NCBI RefSeq assembly: GCF_020745735.1
Contig: NC_083434.1
Span: 35,399,966 to 35,463,965, forward strand
DNA: 64,000 bases
Reading direction: 5' to 3'
Origin: Hemiscyllium ocellatum
Taxonomy: Eukaryota
In this document: piece by piece, positions 23,687-36,080 of the stretch
How the letters are laid out: the number at the start of each line of letters is the position of its first letter
Numbering within the stretch: position 1 is the stretch's first letter
Program-made: the position numbers and the translations under genes
Notes under the pieces: model-generated
What the model saw: the letters and a program-made list of their open reading frames with translations, nothing else
Databases searched by the model: none
What the model was told of the DNA's origin: nothing

Positions 23687-24149
23687 AATATATTCCTAGT
23701 CTCCTAGAATATATTCCTAGTCAAGCATACAGCCTGAGGAGATCTACAGTTTCCAGCCTCTCGGCTTACTATAGTTGAAAGACCATTGACAGCAGCTTTT
23801 CATTGTTGTATTCTGTGACAGCTGCCCTAAACTTTAGTGTGTCCTCATCACTATTCCCAGACATTTGAATGAACAAATCTGCAACACTTAGTCAAGAGAA
23901 CACAGTGCACTGGAAGACCAGCAAGCTTCAGGCAGGCAGAAGAACAACTTTCACTGAGTTAATGGTTCTCCAGGTGCAGTTGATGTGTATGTGTCCTGGC
24001 GTCAATCCAAAAAAAGCACAAAACCCTGAGTTGTAGAACTGCTTTGGGATGAACTTTGATAGAAAACCATGTAGTGTTAGTCCAGTAAGTGTAACCTTAA
24101 CAATGGGGACACTATTGCAGGTAATTCTGAGGAACAGAGCCATTCTGAA

Positions 24150-24610
24150 CTTGGTGAGCCAGAGATTAATGAAGAACAGTCAGCATTGTTTTATTTAGGG
24201 TGATCATGTTGACCAAGTATATTGAATTTTTTGAAGAGGTAACCAGTTATGTAGATGAGAGCAATACATTTGATGTGGCCTACTTGGACTCAGAATCAGC
24301 AAGGCACTTGATAAGGTCCTGCATGGGAGACTGATAGAAAAGGTAAGGGCCTGTGATATCCAAGAATATATGGCTAACTTGATCCAGACTTGGCTGAGTG
24401 GCAGAAAGAAGAGGCTGATGATCAAGGGAATTACCCTGCAAGGGTAATAGAGGCAGAACATTTAAGAAGTATTAAGATGTACATTGCAATGCGAAGATGT
24501 TCAAAGCTATGTGCCTAGTGCTGGAAAATTGGATTAGAATAGTTAGGTGGTTGTTTTTGACAGGCACAGAGTCAGTGGTTCAAAAATTCTTCTGTGCTGT
24601 AGACTTCTGT
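24150..24610 (+). mobile_element. decayed CR1 LINE fragments
   Basis: ..EFFEEVT..VDESNTFDVAYLD..KALDKVLHGRLIEKV..; CR1-type 3' tail. Confidence 0.7.
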
Positions 24611-25039
24611 GATGCATACTAGAGTCCAAAAGTCAGTGTAAAGTGGTGAGCCTTCCTGTTATAATTTCTGAATTACTGGATAAAATTGCAAAATCTACTT
24701 TTGGATATGGCTGATGGTGCTGAACTCAACTCGCAAGTTAAAAGTAACAACCAAGAAGATGATATCTACCAACACAAAAGAACAAAATATTTTGCTGATC
24801 TATGTGGCATGGTTTAGATCTTCTCTTCTGGCAGTTTATATCTGGTGCTGAGTTGAAGGGCTCTCTTAGCAGGCAGCAGCAATGATGTCAGCAAACAGAT
24901 AAACAGACAATTGCAATGAAGAATTCACCGCAGCAAACTAGATAGTTAGAAGTACTAAATATTCCTTGCCCTTTTCAAGCAGAGAAATAAATCAGAGTTG
25001 GATTTGGATAGAAGCAAAAATAGCAACATAAACAACATT

Positions 25040-26125
25040 CCGTATATACTTGTGTAAAAGTTGAATTTTTTTGGACTATTTTCTAAGGTAAAATTATGGG
25101 CTCAACTATAACATGGATGCTACTTTTGAGGGGTTGAAATTCATGCTGCAGTCTAAGCTACCATGTCATTAGCAGAAGCCCAATTGATCTCTAAACAAAT
25201 AAAGAAACAAAACACAACAAATTACAGTAATTATCGGATAAAGACAATAGAAACAAAGATGAATTCGTAATTGTTTTGTTTGCTCTTTCTTTTCTTTCTT
25301 GTTATTCTCTTTCAAAAAAAACTTACCTTGGAGCAGTGATGAAATCATCAGTGCAGGGGAGGTCCAGAACAGAACAAGATGCCAGCAATCTGAAAGCCAG
25401 GAGTGGAGTGGGATGACCTGTAGGTTGGAAGCCCGGAGAGGAGTGGGATGGCTAGTAGGCTGGAGGCCTGGTTTGGGCAGGACTACCAGTAGGTTGAAGG
25501 CCTGGAGCAGAGCTGGACGGCCAGTTGGCTGGAAGCCCAGAACGGAGTGAAATGGCCAGTAGGTTGGAGGCCCGGAGCAGGATGGCCAGCAGTCTGGAAG
25601 TCCAGAGCAGAACAGGATGGCCAGCAGTCTGAAGGCCCAGAGTGGAGTGGGATGGCCAACAGTCTGGACGCTCAGAGCAAAATGTTACAGTCAGCAGACT
25701 GGAGGCCCAGAGCAGAACGAGACAGCCAGTAGACTTGAGGCCCAGAGCAGAACGGGATAGCCAGGAGGCTAGAGGTCCAGAGCAGGACAACCAGCAGGCT
25801 GGAGGCCCGGAGCAGAGCAGGACAACCAACAAAAACTGAATACTGATTATACTAATTAAAGTGCTCGTTCAATAATGAATTTGAGAAATCCATTGCCTAA
25901 TGTTTGTGAAAATTGTACATCAAAACACATAATAGCATGAAAAATATCTTTTCCTTCTCGAAACATTTATGTACAGGATAATACCTTGACTCTCAAATGT
26001 TGATCTGTTATCTGTGAAGAATTGAGGTAGACTTTTACACAAGATATATGGAAAGTTCCTGACATCTTGGCCAAAAATAGGGAGTCGACTTTTATGTGAG
26101 ATCGACTTTTACTGGAGTATATGTG
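25040..26125. mobile_element. non-autonomous Tc1/mariner (pogo-type) DNA transposon with an internal minisatellite
   Basis: Left end CCGTATATACTTGTGTAAAAGTTGA (25040-25064). Right end TCGACTTTTACTGGAGTATATGTG (26102-26125), whose reverse complement is CACATATACTCCAGTAAAAGTCGA. The GTCGACTTTTA motif is repeated sub-terminally. Confidence 0.7.
25355..25830. repeat. ~35-bp degenerate tandem repeat, about 13-14 units
   Basis: Units such as GGAGTGGGATGACCTGTAGGTTGGAAGCCCGGAGA and GGAGTGGGATGGCTAGTAGGCTGGAGGCCTGGTTT. Confidence 0.85.
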
Positions 26126-26324
26126 TTTTTTTTATCATTTTTGTTAAAGTTTCAGATCAGTACCATACTAGAGAGAGTCATTTTTCTGCTAAAATTATTT
26201 CCCTCTACTTACCCTGTTTTCTAAAAATATTTAAAATTAACTCTGACTTATTTTGTGCTTGAATGATGTGGAACTCAAAGGTATGATTTCCAGCATTTGC
26301 AGGATCCGTAAGTCATGATAAGAT

Positions 26325-26562
26325 ATTCACACAGAGGGTGGTGTGGGTATGGAATGAGCTGCCAGAGGAAGTGGTGGAGGCTGGTACAATTACACTATTT
26401 AAGAGGCATTTGGATGGGTATATGAATAGGAAGGGTTTGGAGGGATATGGGCCCGGTGCTGGCAGGTGCGACTAGATTGGATTGGGATATCTGGTCGGCA
26501 TGGACGGGTTGGACCAAAAGGTCTGTTTTCATGCTGTACATCTCTACGACTCTCTGACTCTA
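26325..26562 (+). mobile_element. CR1 LINE 3' end
   Basis: CACACAGAGGGTGGTG..GAGCTGCCAGAGGAAGTGG..CTGTACATCTCTACGACTCTCTGACTCTAT. Confidence 0.9.
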
Positions 26563-27830
26563 TAACATAGGTGCTTTATAATAGGGAGGAATTTGATACA
26601 ACTGATTCTTAGCAGTTAAACTAATTTCCTTGAGAGTTTCCTTCAATTGATTAACTTTTATCCAAGAGTCTAAATGTGGTCCTTGCCTGCCAGCGCCAGT
26701 GCTTAACTCAGTTGTGATAGACATATTGGTAACACCATTTGAATAGGAACTTCTAAAATTCTGATATTCAAAACAGGGATAACCATGGTTTTCATTATAT
26801 TTGTGCAATTAGTAATGTAGATATAAATATACATTACTGATAGAAAAATTGAGAATGCTGCACAGTGTGTAAGCAGAGAAAAGAAATAAAGATGATGCTA
26901 GATTTCATCATTCATTGAGCTGGACTTTGTACTTGTTGCTGATCTCAAAGAAAACAATCCACAAAGATCTAGTGATCTGATGTGGTGTAGTTTAGCCTTT
27001 GCCTAATGTGGGTTTAAGTCTGGCAGGAAGTCAAAGGGATACCTAAGCATGCAGCAACAGGCATCTCAGCAACTCCCTAAGCAACAAATCACATTGAAGA
27101 ATTCGCCACAGCAAATTTGGCAGTTAAAAGCACCAAATATCTTTATATGTTAATTTAAATTTTCAAAAAGCAGAATTTATATTTTTCGATTTTGATAGCT
27201 GAATGGCTGATGGCTGCTAGTGGTTACCTTACTTAAGAAAGAATAAACTGTCAACTCACTCATTAAACTTCTATTATTTTCAAGAAAAAGCACCCAGCCT
27301 GTTTAGGTATTTCTAAAAAGTGCTCTCAACAGTGGCATCATTCTTGTGAATTTATTTTTGCATCTACTCTCATTCTTTTTATCCTTTTGTAATAAGGAGG
27401 GGAGAATCATTCATAATACTTCACACTTGAGAAAATGTTGTGGTTAATGGTTCAGAATTGAAATGGAGATCTATTTTACCTTTTATCAGATATTCTGCTG
27501 TGTATTAGGGACATTTTCTGTTCCCTACTAAAATAGTAATTGTGGGTTGGATTTCCCCATTTTAGGCTGTGTCATTTTATGTTGGTGTTATGTGTCAAAC
27601 CTCATAGCACCTTTTTTCAATCTTCAGCTCATGAATTATGCAAGATTCTCTTTGGGGGATGGGGGTGAGGTTCTTGTACAGTCATGCAGCAGGAAAGGAG
27701 AAATTCCCAATGCTATCAAAATCTTCCTGTGCACAAGTGGCTAGGTGCCATATCTAATGCCCAGCTACACACTATTTCAGATGCTGCAAGCGAAGGACTA
27801 CCTCTCACACAATCTTCTGAGGAAACTGAA

Positions 27831-28058
27831 ATGTTCCAGAAACGGAAGCTGACAGTCCACTTTTCTGATAGGGATCTGGAAATCTGGGTAGGTGTGGTGA
27901 TTGAAAGGAGTGCTACCCTTTACCTGATGGGCCACCAGAGAATGGCAAGGCACCAAACACCCTGCCTGGGCACAGATAATAGCCTGGGTCAGTGCTGTCT
28001 CCAAGGTCAGACAAACTTCATGCCTATGCATGAAATAGATCCTCTGTGCTCTGAAAGT
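27831..28058 (+). pseudogene. Myb/SANT-like DNA-binding exon relic, probably from a PIF/Harbinger transposon (~27645-28350)
   Basis: MFQKRKLTVHFSDRDLEIWVGVVIERSATLY..HQR..RHQT / PAWAQIIAWVSAVSKVRQTS..CMK with one frameshift, followed by GTAAGT at 28059. Confidence 0.65.
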
Positions 28059-29239
28059 GTAAGTGCCATCATCTTCTCTCTCCTACCTTACACTCACTCC
28101 AACTCTGTCACTGCACAAATATCACCAACGTTCAAGTACTACCAATGTCACTACTACATGCAGCATCTCAACTCAATGTTTATCATCCTCCACAATTACT
28201 AACCCTTCCAGTCATCTAAGTGCAAAGTGAGTGAGCACCAAGAAGTGAAGGCAAGAATAATAAGATGTATCCTGTGTAGATGCATGAGATGACTGTGTGC
28301 ATGGCGGCCTAGCAGGAACATGCAGGTCAAAGGTATCCCTGAATACCAAAACGAAGTTCTAAGAGACTGAAGTGGATTTATGATTTGGTCAATCGTAAAT
28401 ATTTTGTTGACATCGAGAATTTGATTTTCTTCCCATACAGTTTTATTATTGTTACCTATGTTGCTCAAAACGTGAGAAAATTCTGTGGTTGAAGTGGAAA
28501 TTGGTTTGCAATTGTGTAGGTGTATTTTGGGCACAGCACAGAAAATTTTACAGTGATATTGCATATTAGAGATCCAATGCCTACCCTTCTGGGAAAATTG
28601 TTTCTGATGATTAGAGATTTCAGGTCCATCCTCTGAAGATTTTTTTTGCAGTCATTAACAAATGGTAAATTTTAAGTGAAACTCTAAAGGCAAATCTTCT
28701 TCACTCTGTGGACATTGCAAATTCATTGCATTTTATGCTTCTATAGCAAATCCAATGAAAGATAACATACAATATAGTCACTTAAGATTTACAAAGAGCA
28801 GAGCTTCACAACTGGTTAATTGCAATTCTCCTTGAGAATTATGAATATGTTGGGGTCAGTTCGTGGAACACACCTGTGGTTGATATTTTCATTTATATAA
28901 TTTAAAGCCACGTGCCTGTTCTACAAATGCAAACAGCCATTGCACAATACATTCTCTATGCTGATTGATTCACATACATTCAGTTGGAAATTTCACGCTG
29001 GCAAAAATCAATTCCATTCACCAGACAAGCTTGAAAAGCTACAAACCATCAATCACTATAAAACAGAGGAATCAAATTGCTCTGTTTTTTACAAAACCAT
29101 TAGTCATAGAACAGTCAATTGAAAAAAAACAAAGTAATCAAAGGAGCTAACAAAAATGCAATATTTTATAGCAACCATGTTATATTTTGAGTCAGAAATG
29201 ATGCATTTGTTCTTATACTAGAAAAATCTCAACGGGAAT

Positions 29240-30375
29240 TTGTAGTGAATAGCATTAGGCACTGGGTGATTACATCTTGTACTTAGATTCAGACCAGTTT
29301 AGACAGACGGGAGGAAGCATTGTGTACAAATGGAGATTAGATTGACAATAAATAGCAGACTGGTTTGTGGGCTAGTTGACCAGTTACCAATAACATACAT
29401 GTCCTGCCTGCCAAAAATTGAGATTGGTTCTCATATAGCTGAACAGCTTAGAAAATGTGAACGAGAGATAAAGAAAGTTATTCAGAGCACCAGCTAAGAA
29501 CTCTTTCTGTTATCTGCAACAAAAGCTACTTTAAGCTTAAATAAAACCAGTTTATCTTTTGTTCAGCAGTTGCTGTAAACTGTGATTTTTAAAAAATTGA
29601 TAATCATAGAATTCCTACAGTGTGGAAGCAGACCATTCAGCCCATTGAGTTCATACTGACTGTCTGAAGAGCATCCCACCAAGATACAGCCCCTGCCTTA
29701 TCCCTGTAACCTTGCTATCCCCATGGCTAATCCCTGGAACTATGGGCAATTTAGCATGGCCAATTCACCTAGCCTGCACAGCTTTGGACTATGGGAAAAA
29801 ACCAGAGCACCTGGAAGAAACCCATGCAGATATAGGGAGAATGTGCAAACTCCACATGGACAGTTGCCTGAGGGTAGAATCAAACCCGAATCCCTGGTGC
29901 TGTAAGGCAGCAGTGCTGACCACTGAGCCACCGTGTCGCCCATAAGTGAATCGCAATATGGCTCTTGCTAATTAGTGGAAATATCTGAGGGGATGAAAAA
30001 GAAACAGCATTCTGATCAGCCATCTCAAGCGATGTGAATAGCAACTATGGAACTGCTTTCCCAAAGTTCCCTCCATCTATAAAACTCATTTATTCCCTGT
30101 GTTTGGGTAAAGGGGAGTTTCCAAGGGGATTAGAGTTTTAATGAGTAGAGTTATGTGCCAACAGTTCATAACTGCTTCCCTATAGATAGAGTCAATTTAC
30201 TTGTAATAAATAGTTTTTTGTTAAATACAGAATCCTGGTCTATCCTTTCTGTCAACCTGTGTCAAGAAGATAAGTAAATCTCAGAATCTTTGTATACTTA
30301 AGAAAGTCTTTAACTTTTGTTATGTTTCTGGGAATAGTGGGTATTCACTGTGTGTTATCCCAGTGAGTCATGACC
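29240..30375 (+). repeat. possible solo LTR interrupted by a SINE
   Basis: Starts TGTAGTGA and has AATAAA near 30205. LTR-like composition only; no internal sequence. Confidence 0.35.
29604..29941 (-). mobile_element. HE1/V-SINE-type SINE
   Basis: Reverse complement begins GGGCGACACGGTGGCTCAGTGGTCAGCACTGCTGCC; V-domain present. Confidence 0.9.
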
Positions 30376-31633
30376 TTTCGATTTTTACCTTTGGAAATCA
30401 TTTGTGCATTTTTCTATTTAAAAACACTACATAAAAGCACCTTAACTGCAATAGGTCATGCCACATTAAATAAGGATATTAGATATCTATTAGAGATCAA
30501 GAATAGATCCTGAAAGTACTCCTTAAGTAATAGTGTAGACATTTGAAAAAGTTCATTCCTATCCAAATGCCTTCTTCCAAGGCCAAAAAGCCTGACCGTT
30601 CTTGAAATGTGGACTCCTCATATTAACATTTGATCATGTGGATTTTCACTTCACTCTCACCAGTGATTTGATCCCAGTTGATGGCAATACTGGGTAAAGC
30701 AGAATGAAATCAGGCTTGATGCAACATATATTTAATGTTTGCAGTTAGTTAACATGTTTAGTTACTGAAACATTCGTGCATGGCTGCAGTCTTCTTGAAC
30801 AACAAAAAATCAGTTTATTCCAAAAAAGAATGAATAAAACAAAGCTATAGATAGAGAGAAAGAAGACAGAAAGATCTTAACACAATAAAGACAAAAGTTT
30901 AAGCTGTTTCCTGGGGGAGGAGGGAAGATACATAATCCCATAAATTAAGCATTTGCAGTTTGTTTGTATACTGCAAATCCCTTTAGGGAGATGAAATAGG
31001 AAAATACAATAGCCCAGATACTGCAGTCAGTAGTGAAGCAATAGTGCTCATTACTGACCACAAAGAAAATTGCACCAACACATCCAGCAACCTCTGTGGG
31101 GAGAACTACCTTTCTTGACATACAATTGACATAACATTGCTTACTGGGTTGTTTAACGTATTTTGTGATAGTAATGCCATTCAGTTGTCCAAGTAGCAAG
31201 TCAGTTTGAAAGATTCTTCTGGATATCCAGTCACAAAATGAAAACCTCTTATAATCTAATCATCTTACAAAACATTTGCAGAAGTGAAGCAAAAAAATGT
31301 GGAATTAAGAAAGAAACTTAAAAAAACGGAACAAGCCTAAAAATCTTCATTAAAAATGTAATAATTAAATATTCAACAAAATTCCACAAATTTTTTTTCA
31401 GGCCAGTGGCACATTGCAGACACTGAAAGTTACAAATATTAATACAGACGGTGCTGTTCTTGCACTGCACCTGTTTCATCTCAACAAAATAGGTGAGACC
31501 TGGTTCATTTTTGGGGGCCAGAGTCATTTCCAGTGTCAACCTGCCTTGTTTAAAATTTAACCAAAGCCAGGCAGTGACCTGTTAGTTAGCACTAATGGGT
31601 GAATTCTCTGTGGCAATGCTACTATCAATTAGA

Positions 31634-31866
31634 GTTGAGAGTGTGTTGCTGGAAAAGCACAGCAAGTCAGGCAGCATCCAAGGAGCAGGAGAATCGATGT
31701 TTCGGGCCGGAACCCTTCATTGCGGATGAATTTGATGGGTCAGGAGCAGGCTGAGACAATACGTTGGCCGGGGTAGTCAGGCTTGTGGTCTTGGTTAGGA
31801 GCTAGAATTGGGTGGTGCGGGGTTCCCGAGCAATGAGGTTGGAAACTGTAGATGGGAGATCCCCAA
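31634..31866 (-). mobile_element. internally deleted Penelope insertion (RT N-terminal fragment fused to the hammerhead terminus); 15-bp TSD with one mismatch
   Basis: TSD CTACT(A/G)TCAATTAGA at 31619-31633 and 31867-31881. Minus-strand GDLPSTVSNLIAREPRTTQF*LLTK.HKPDYPGQRIVSACS*P is joined to ATGAAGGGTTCCGGCCCGAAACATC. Confidence 0.85.
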
Positions 31867-32369
31867 CTACTGTCAATTAGACTTCATTTCCAATCAACTA
31901 GCGCCATCTTCTCTCATGTGTAAATGTTGGTGTTCCCCTTAAATTGTTATTCCTGCGAATTATACTGACGCACACAAAGTGAAAAGCTTTGGCAAGATGT
32001 GTTTTTCTTCAGCATCATTCAATTTTTGTACTATCAAATGACTAAAATCTACAGTATTTTAGCTCATCCATTTAAAACTATTGCTCTGAGAAACACTCAG
32101 CAAAAAGCAAACAAAAACCAAGTCTTCATGAAATTTCAAATAAAAAGACAATTTCTGCGTTATCATAGCCTAGGAACCTGTATCCATGAGACTGTCAGTC
32201 CAGCATCATACTTGAAGTACCAACCTGCTCATTTAAGTTTGATTATTACTTGTGTATCTTCGAAAGTGTTGGTCAGTAATCTGATTGCTACTACTTTAAT
32301 GGTTTCCATCTGACACATGTTTATCCATTTTCTTTTGTTAAAATCTCTCCCTTATCAATAAAACTTCAT

Positions 32370-32950
32370 GTTTATGAGAGGCATAATTGGTGAATAGCCA
32401 AGGTCTTTTCCCCAGGATACAGGAGTCCAAAATTAGAAGGTGTAGGTTCAAGGTGAGAGGGGAAAGATTTAAAAGGGACCTAAGGGACAACTTTTTCACA
32501 CAGAGGGTGTTTGTGTATGGAATGAGCTGCCAGAGGAAGTGGTGGAGTCTGATACAATTACAACGTCTAAAATGCATCTGGATGGGTATATGAATAGGAA
32601 GGATGTGGAGGGATATGGGCCAAATACTGGCAAATGGACTAGATTAATTTAGGATAATTGGTCGACACGGACGAGTTATGTTATGAAGAGTCTGTTTCCA
32701 TGCTGCACATCTCTATGACCTCAGTAAACTGTATAATATCCATACATTGTGAATTGTGAATGGAAGGAATGCTTTGCCAGTGGTGGTGGTAGAAGCAGAG
32801 TCATTGGGAACATTTAAGCAACTGCTGGTCATGCACATGGATAGCAGTGAGTTGAGGGATGCGTAGGTTAAGTTAATATATTTTACATTAGGATTAAACC
32901 TCAGCATAACATCATGGGCTAAAGGGCCTGTTCTGTGCTGTACTTTTTTC
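32370..32950 (+). mobile_element. two tandem CR1 LINE 3' ends
   Basis: FKVRGERFKRDLRDNFFTQRV, with tails ending CTCTATGACC (~32720) and GGGCCTGTTCTGTGCTGTAC (~32943). Confidence 0.85.
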
Positions 32951-33002
32951 TATTTGTTTCAAGCCTCCTATGTATTTTGCGATGGTTATATTTGAGTCAC
33001 AA

Positions 33003-33347
33003 TAGAATCTATGAGAAACATAGAATCCCTACAATGTGGAAGCAGGCCATTAGGCTCATTGAGTCGACACTCTCCCTCTGAAGAACATCCCACCCAGACC
33101 CATCCCCCTACGTTACCCATGTGACCCTGCATTTCCCATGGCTAATCCACATAGCTTGCACATCCCTGGATACTGTGAGTAATTTAGCATGGTTAATCCA
33201 CTTAACCTGAACATCTTTGGACTGTGGGAGAAATCTATGCAGACACAGGGAGAATGTGCGAACTCCACAGAGACATTCACCTAAGGCTGCAATCGAACCC
33301 GAGTCTGTGGCACCGTGAAGCAGCAGTGCTAATCACTGGGCCACCAC
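33003..33347 (-). mobile_element. HE1/V-SINE-type SINE
   Basis: Reverse complement of the SINE head, V-domain and tail. Confidence 0.88.
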
Positions 33348-34104
33348 ATGAAGACTTGTTTTGCCTGTGAGCAAAGCCTCAAAGATCTACAAATGAATTT
33401 TTTTCAAGAGTTTCTGATGATAACATTCTTTGCACTGTGCTGACATAGATGTCATTGAAGTCCTGTATGGTACACTATTTGCTTGCTGAGAATATTATTT
33501 CTATTTAGGATCATGAAAGATTGAGACTAAAATCAGAATTTGTTTCTGTGTACTTACTCACAAAAGAATATTGTTCTATTCTTTAATCTGAGTTGAGGTC
33601 ATAAAGAGGGAGTCTATAAGTTTAGACCTGGTTTGTATGTTTTGACTTTAGCCCAGATCTAAAGCTGAGTCCTGGTTGATGGGTATGAAGGGATAGATCT
33701 GCTGTGCATTTTTATGATATGCAGTACAAAAGCTAGCCCACGTAATGAAGTTTGAGAGGACAGCTGTGGCTGACCACTCAGCGCAGCTGGGATTTTGATA
33801 TACAGAGAAAATCTCTAAACAGCAATCTTAGAATAAGAAAGTTTAAATCTATGAGCAGATGCAGGAGCACAAGGATGAAGGACAGATGATGGTTTACTTC
33901 ACCTGGGGAGCCAGGGCATAGGAGGAAGTTCTTCAGGACCAATTGTCAATTCAGTGAGGCTGAAGTGATTGCTCTATTTAGCGATCTGCTCCATATGGCT
34001 AGAGAACTAGGGCACAGGAGAAGTAATATGCAGTGTTTGATTTCTCAGTGCAGCGAGAGAGCTGAAATTATGCCAGTGATTAGCTGCTGGGGTGCAGTCT
34101 TGTA

Positions 34105-34480
34105 TCCACCCTTCCAACTTGGCACCGCCCTCTTGACCACATGGCATCAATGCCGATTTCACCAGATTCCTCATCTTCCCCTCCTCCCACCTTATCCCAG
34201 ATGTAACCCTCCAACTCGGCACCGCCCCTTCTTGAACTGTCCCACCTGTCCATCTTCGTTCCAAGCTATCCACTCCACCCTCCACTCTGACCTATCACCA
34301 TCACCCCCTTATTTTTCAGTCCCCCTTCCATCCACACCCCCCACTCCCCAACATTCCTGATGATGGGCTTATGCCCGAAACCTTGACTGTCCTGCTTCTC
34401 GGATGCTGCCTGACCTGCTGTGCTTCTCCAGCTCCATACATTTCATCTCTAATCTCCAGCATCTGCAGTCATCACTTTCT
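34105..34480 (+). mobile_element. Penelope 3' end with an intact hammerhead core; 15-bp TSD with one mismatch
   Basis: TSD GG(G/T)TGCAGTCTTGTA at 34090-34104 and 34481-34495. ORF end ..HGINADFTRFLI.., C-rich UTR, and terminal GATGCTGCCTGACCTGCTGTGC..CTCCAGCATCTGCAGTC. Confidence 0.85.
34354..34388 (+). ncRNA. minimal hammerhead ribozyme motif
   Basis: CTGATGA(34357-34363)-T-GGGC-TTAT-GCCC-GAAA(34377-34380)-CCTT. The sister copy at ~42548-42570 reads GGGC-TTAT-GCCC-GAAA-CGTC. Confidence 0.7.
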
Positions 34481-35917
34481 GGTTGCAGTCTTGTAAACCC
34501 AGACAAAATCTAGGAAAAGAAATCGAACATTTAAAATTCTCCAAATTTGTATTTGATACCTCAAAACCCTTGCTGGAAGAAGAAGCAGGAGGGCCTCCAA
34601 TCTGAGTTGGAGCTACTGTTGAAAGGAAGTTAGAGTTCAAAGCATTGAAGGTGAGAGGCAGAAATCCTTCATGATAAAGGCAGAGTTTGAAAATTTTTGT
34701 TTGTAACTCACAGTGATCACTAAGTCTAGGTCGGCTGCTGAGAAGATTAATGAGATCTGTCTTGATTGTGCCTATTATTTGATATGTATTTCGTGTTTAT
34801 GGTTTGTATTCACATTCGCCACAAGTTAATTTTGGATGTTAGAATATACAGTGGATGATATTTTGCTTTCTCTGTTGATTGTTGCATGGTAAAAATTATC
34901 CAGTTTGTTTAAGACCATGTAATATTGTGGCTTTATTCTCTTTATAATGAACTTTGATTTCAAATCTTGTTTACTTGAAACAGAAACATATTTGTTCATA
35001 ATTGAATTCTAATAAACAAACAGCATCTTAACAGTTCACTATTAATGTCACATGATTTTTCCAATTGCTGCGTAAAGTACTACAATAATGTTTGTACGTT
35101 TGGCTGAAGCAATTGTTCATGCATCTCATGCTGATGAAATGAATAACATCAAATTAATGAAGCCTTTAGAACACAAACTAAACTAATCTGAAAGTTTTTT
35201 GCTATGGATTTACAAAATAGTAAAATAAAATATTAGCAAACAATGTATTCAGATGAAACAGTACATAGATCTCTGTGACTTCATTTGTCTAGAGTACAGC
35301 AGCTGAACAAAGGCCAAATTAGGATCACATGGGTCTTAGTGCTTGTGAATGGAAATCTAACTTCTCAATGCAATATTTCATGAAGTCCTAAACACTGAAC
35401 TGTTAGCAAATTGAGAAGATTAAAAAAGCAAAACTATAATTCAATACAGAAGCTGTCTGACACACAGTTCCATGTTTATTAATATCCTTTAGCTGAAATT
35501 ACAGACTAATTTTCTTGCTCTAAAATGAGAGGCTGTGATGAGCATTGTGATCAACAGCGCTTCATTTAGAAATTAATTTTTTAAATCCAACATGAAGCCT
35601 TAGATTACTTTATCATTTTCAGAAGTTACTAGTTTGCTACCTGTTAAGTTGCTCAATAGGACTGCCTGTTTTCCAATGATCTTGACTCATTTTCCTTAAG
35701 TGCCAGGTGACTGAGAGGTTTTGACAAGTGATTGACTTGGAGGGGGCCTGAACCGCAAAAAGCACCATTCATATTAGAAAAAGCATAGTTGTGTTTTTTT
35801 CTCTAGTTTAAAGATTTATTGCTGTCACAAAACTATTGTAAGTGTTTTGTTCACTATTTATTTTCCTGGAATTCAGTAACAAGTGTCGTTAACTGAAGAG
35901 CCAAGTTTTGCAGGAGT

Positions 35918-35948
35918 CCCTAATACTGTCATATTTGCCTTGTGACAG
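35918..35948 (+). promoter_or_regulatory. branch point and 3' splice site of the FARS2 exon
   Basis: CCCTAAT (35918-35924) followed by TATTTGCCTTGTGACAG|G. Confidence 0.7.
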
Positions 35949-36080
35949 GACTAGAAATTAGATGGGTGGATTGCTATTTCCCATTTACACATCCTTCCTT
36001 TGAAATGGAGATCAAGTTCCAAGGAGAATGGATGGAGGTCCTTGGCTGTGGGATCATGGAGCAGCAGCTGGTAGACTCAG
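35949..36080 (+). CDS. FARS2: internal coding exon of mitochondrial phenylalanine--tRNA ligase (class II aaRS catalytic domain), 132 bp, phase 1/1
   Basis: AG|GA CTA GAA.. translates to (x)[43 protein letters not shown]|GTAATT. This closely matches the vertebrate FARS2 segment as I recall it ([45 protein letters not shown]), including the FPFTxPS loop. Canonical AG/GT boundaries. Confidence 0.97.

Noticed and set aside
25355-25830. 35-bp periodic array superficially like a CRISPR array; overlapping ORFs 25299-25839
   Set aside because: The units are contiguous and degenerate with no unique spacers, in a vertebrate context. The ORFs are by-products of the repeat.
30945-31199. Hydrophobic 84-aa minus-strand ORF
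   Set aside because: No recognisable family and no convincing exon structure; compatible with chance.
35905-35948. Alternative acceptor TTTTGCAG 35 nt upstream of the FARS2 exon
   Set aside because: It would shift the frame and lies upstream of the apparent branch point; no supporting evidence.
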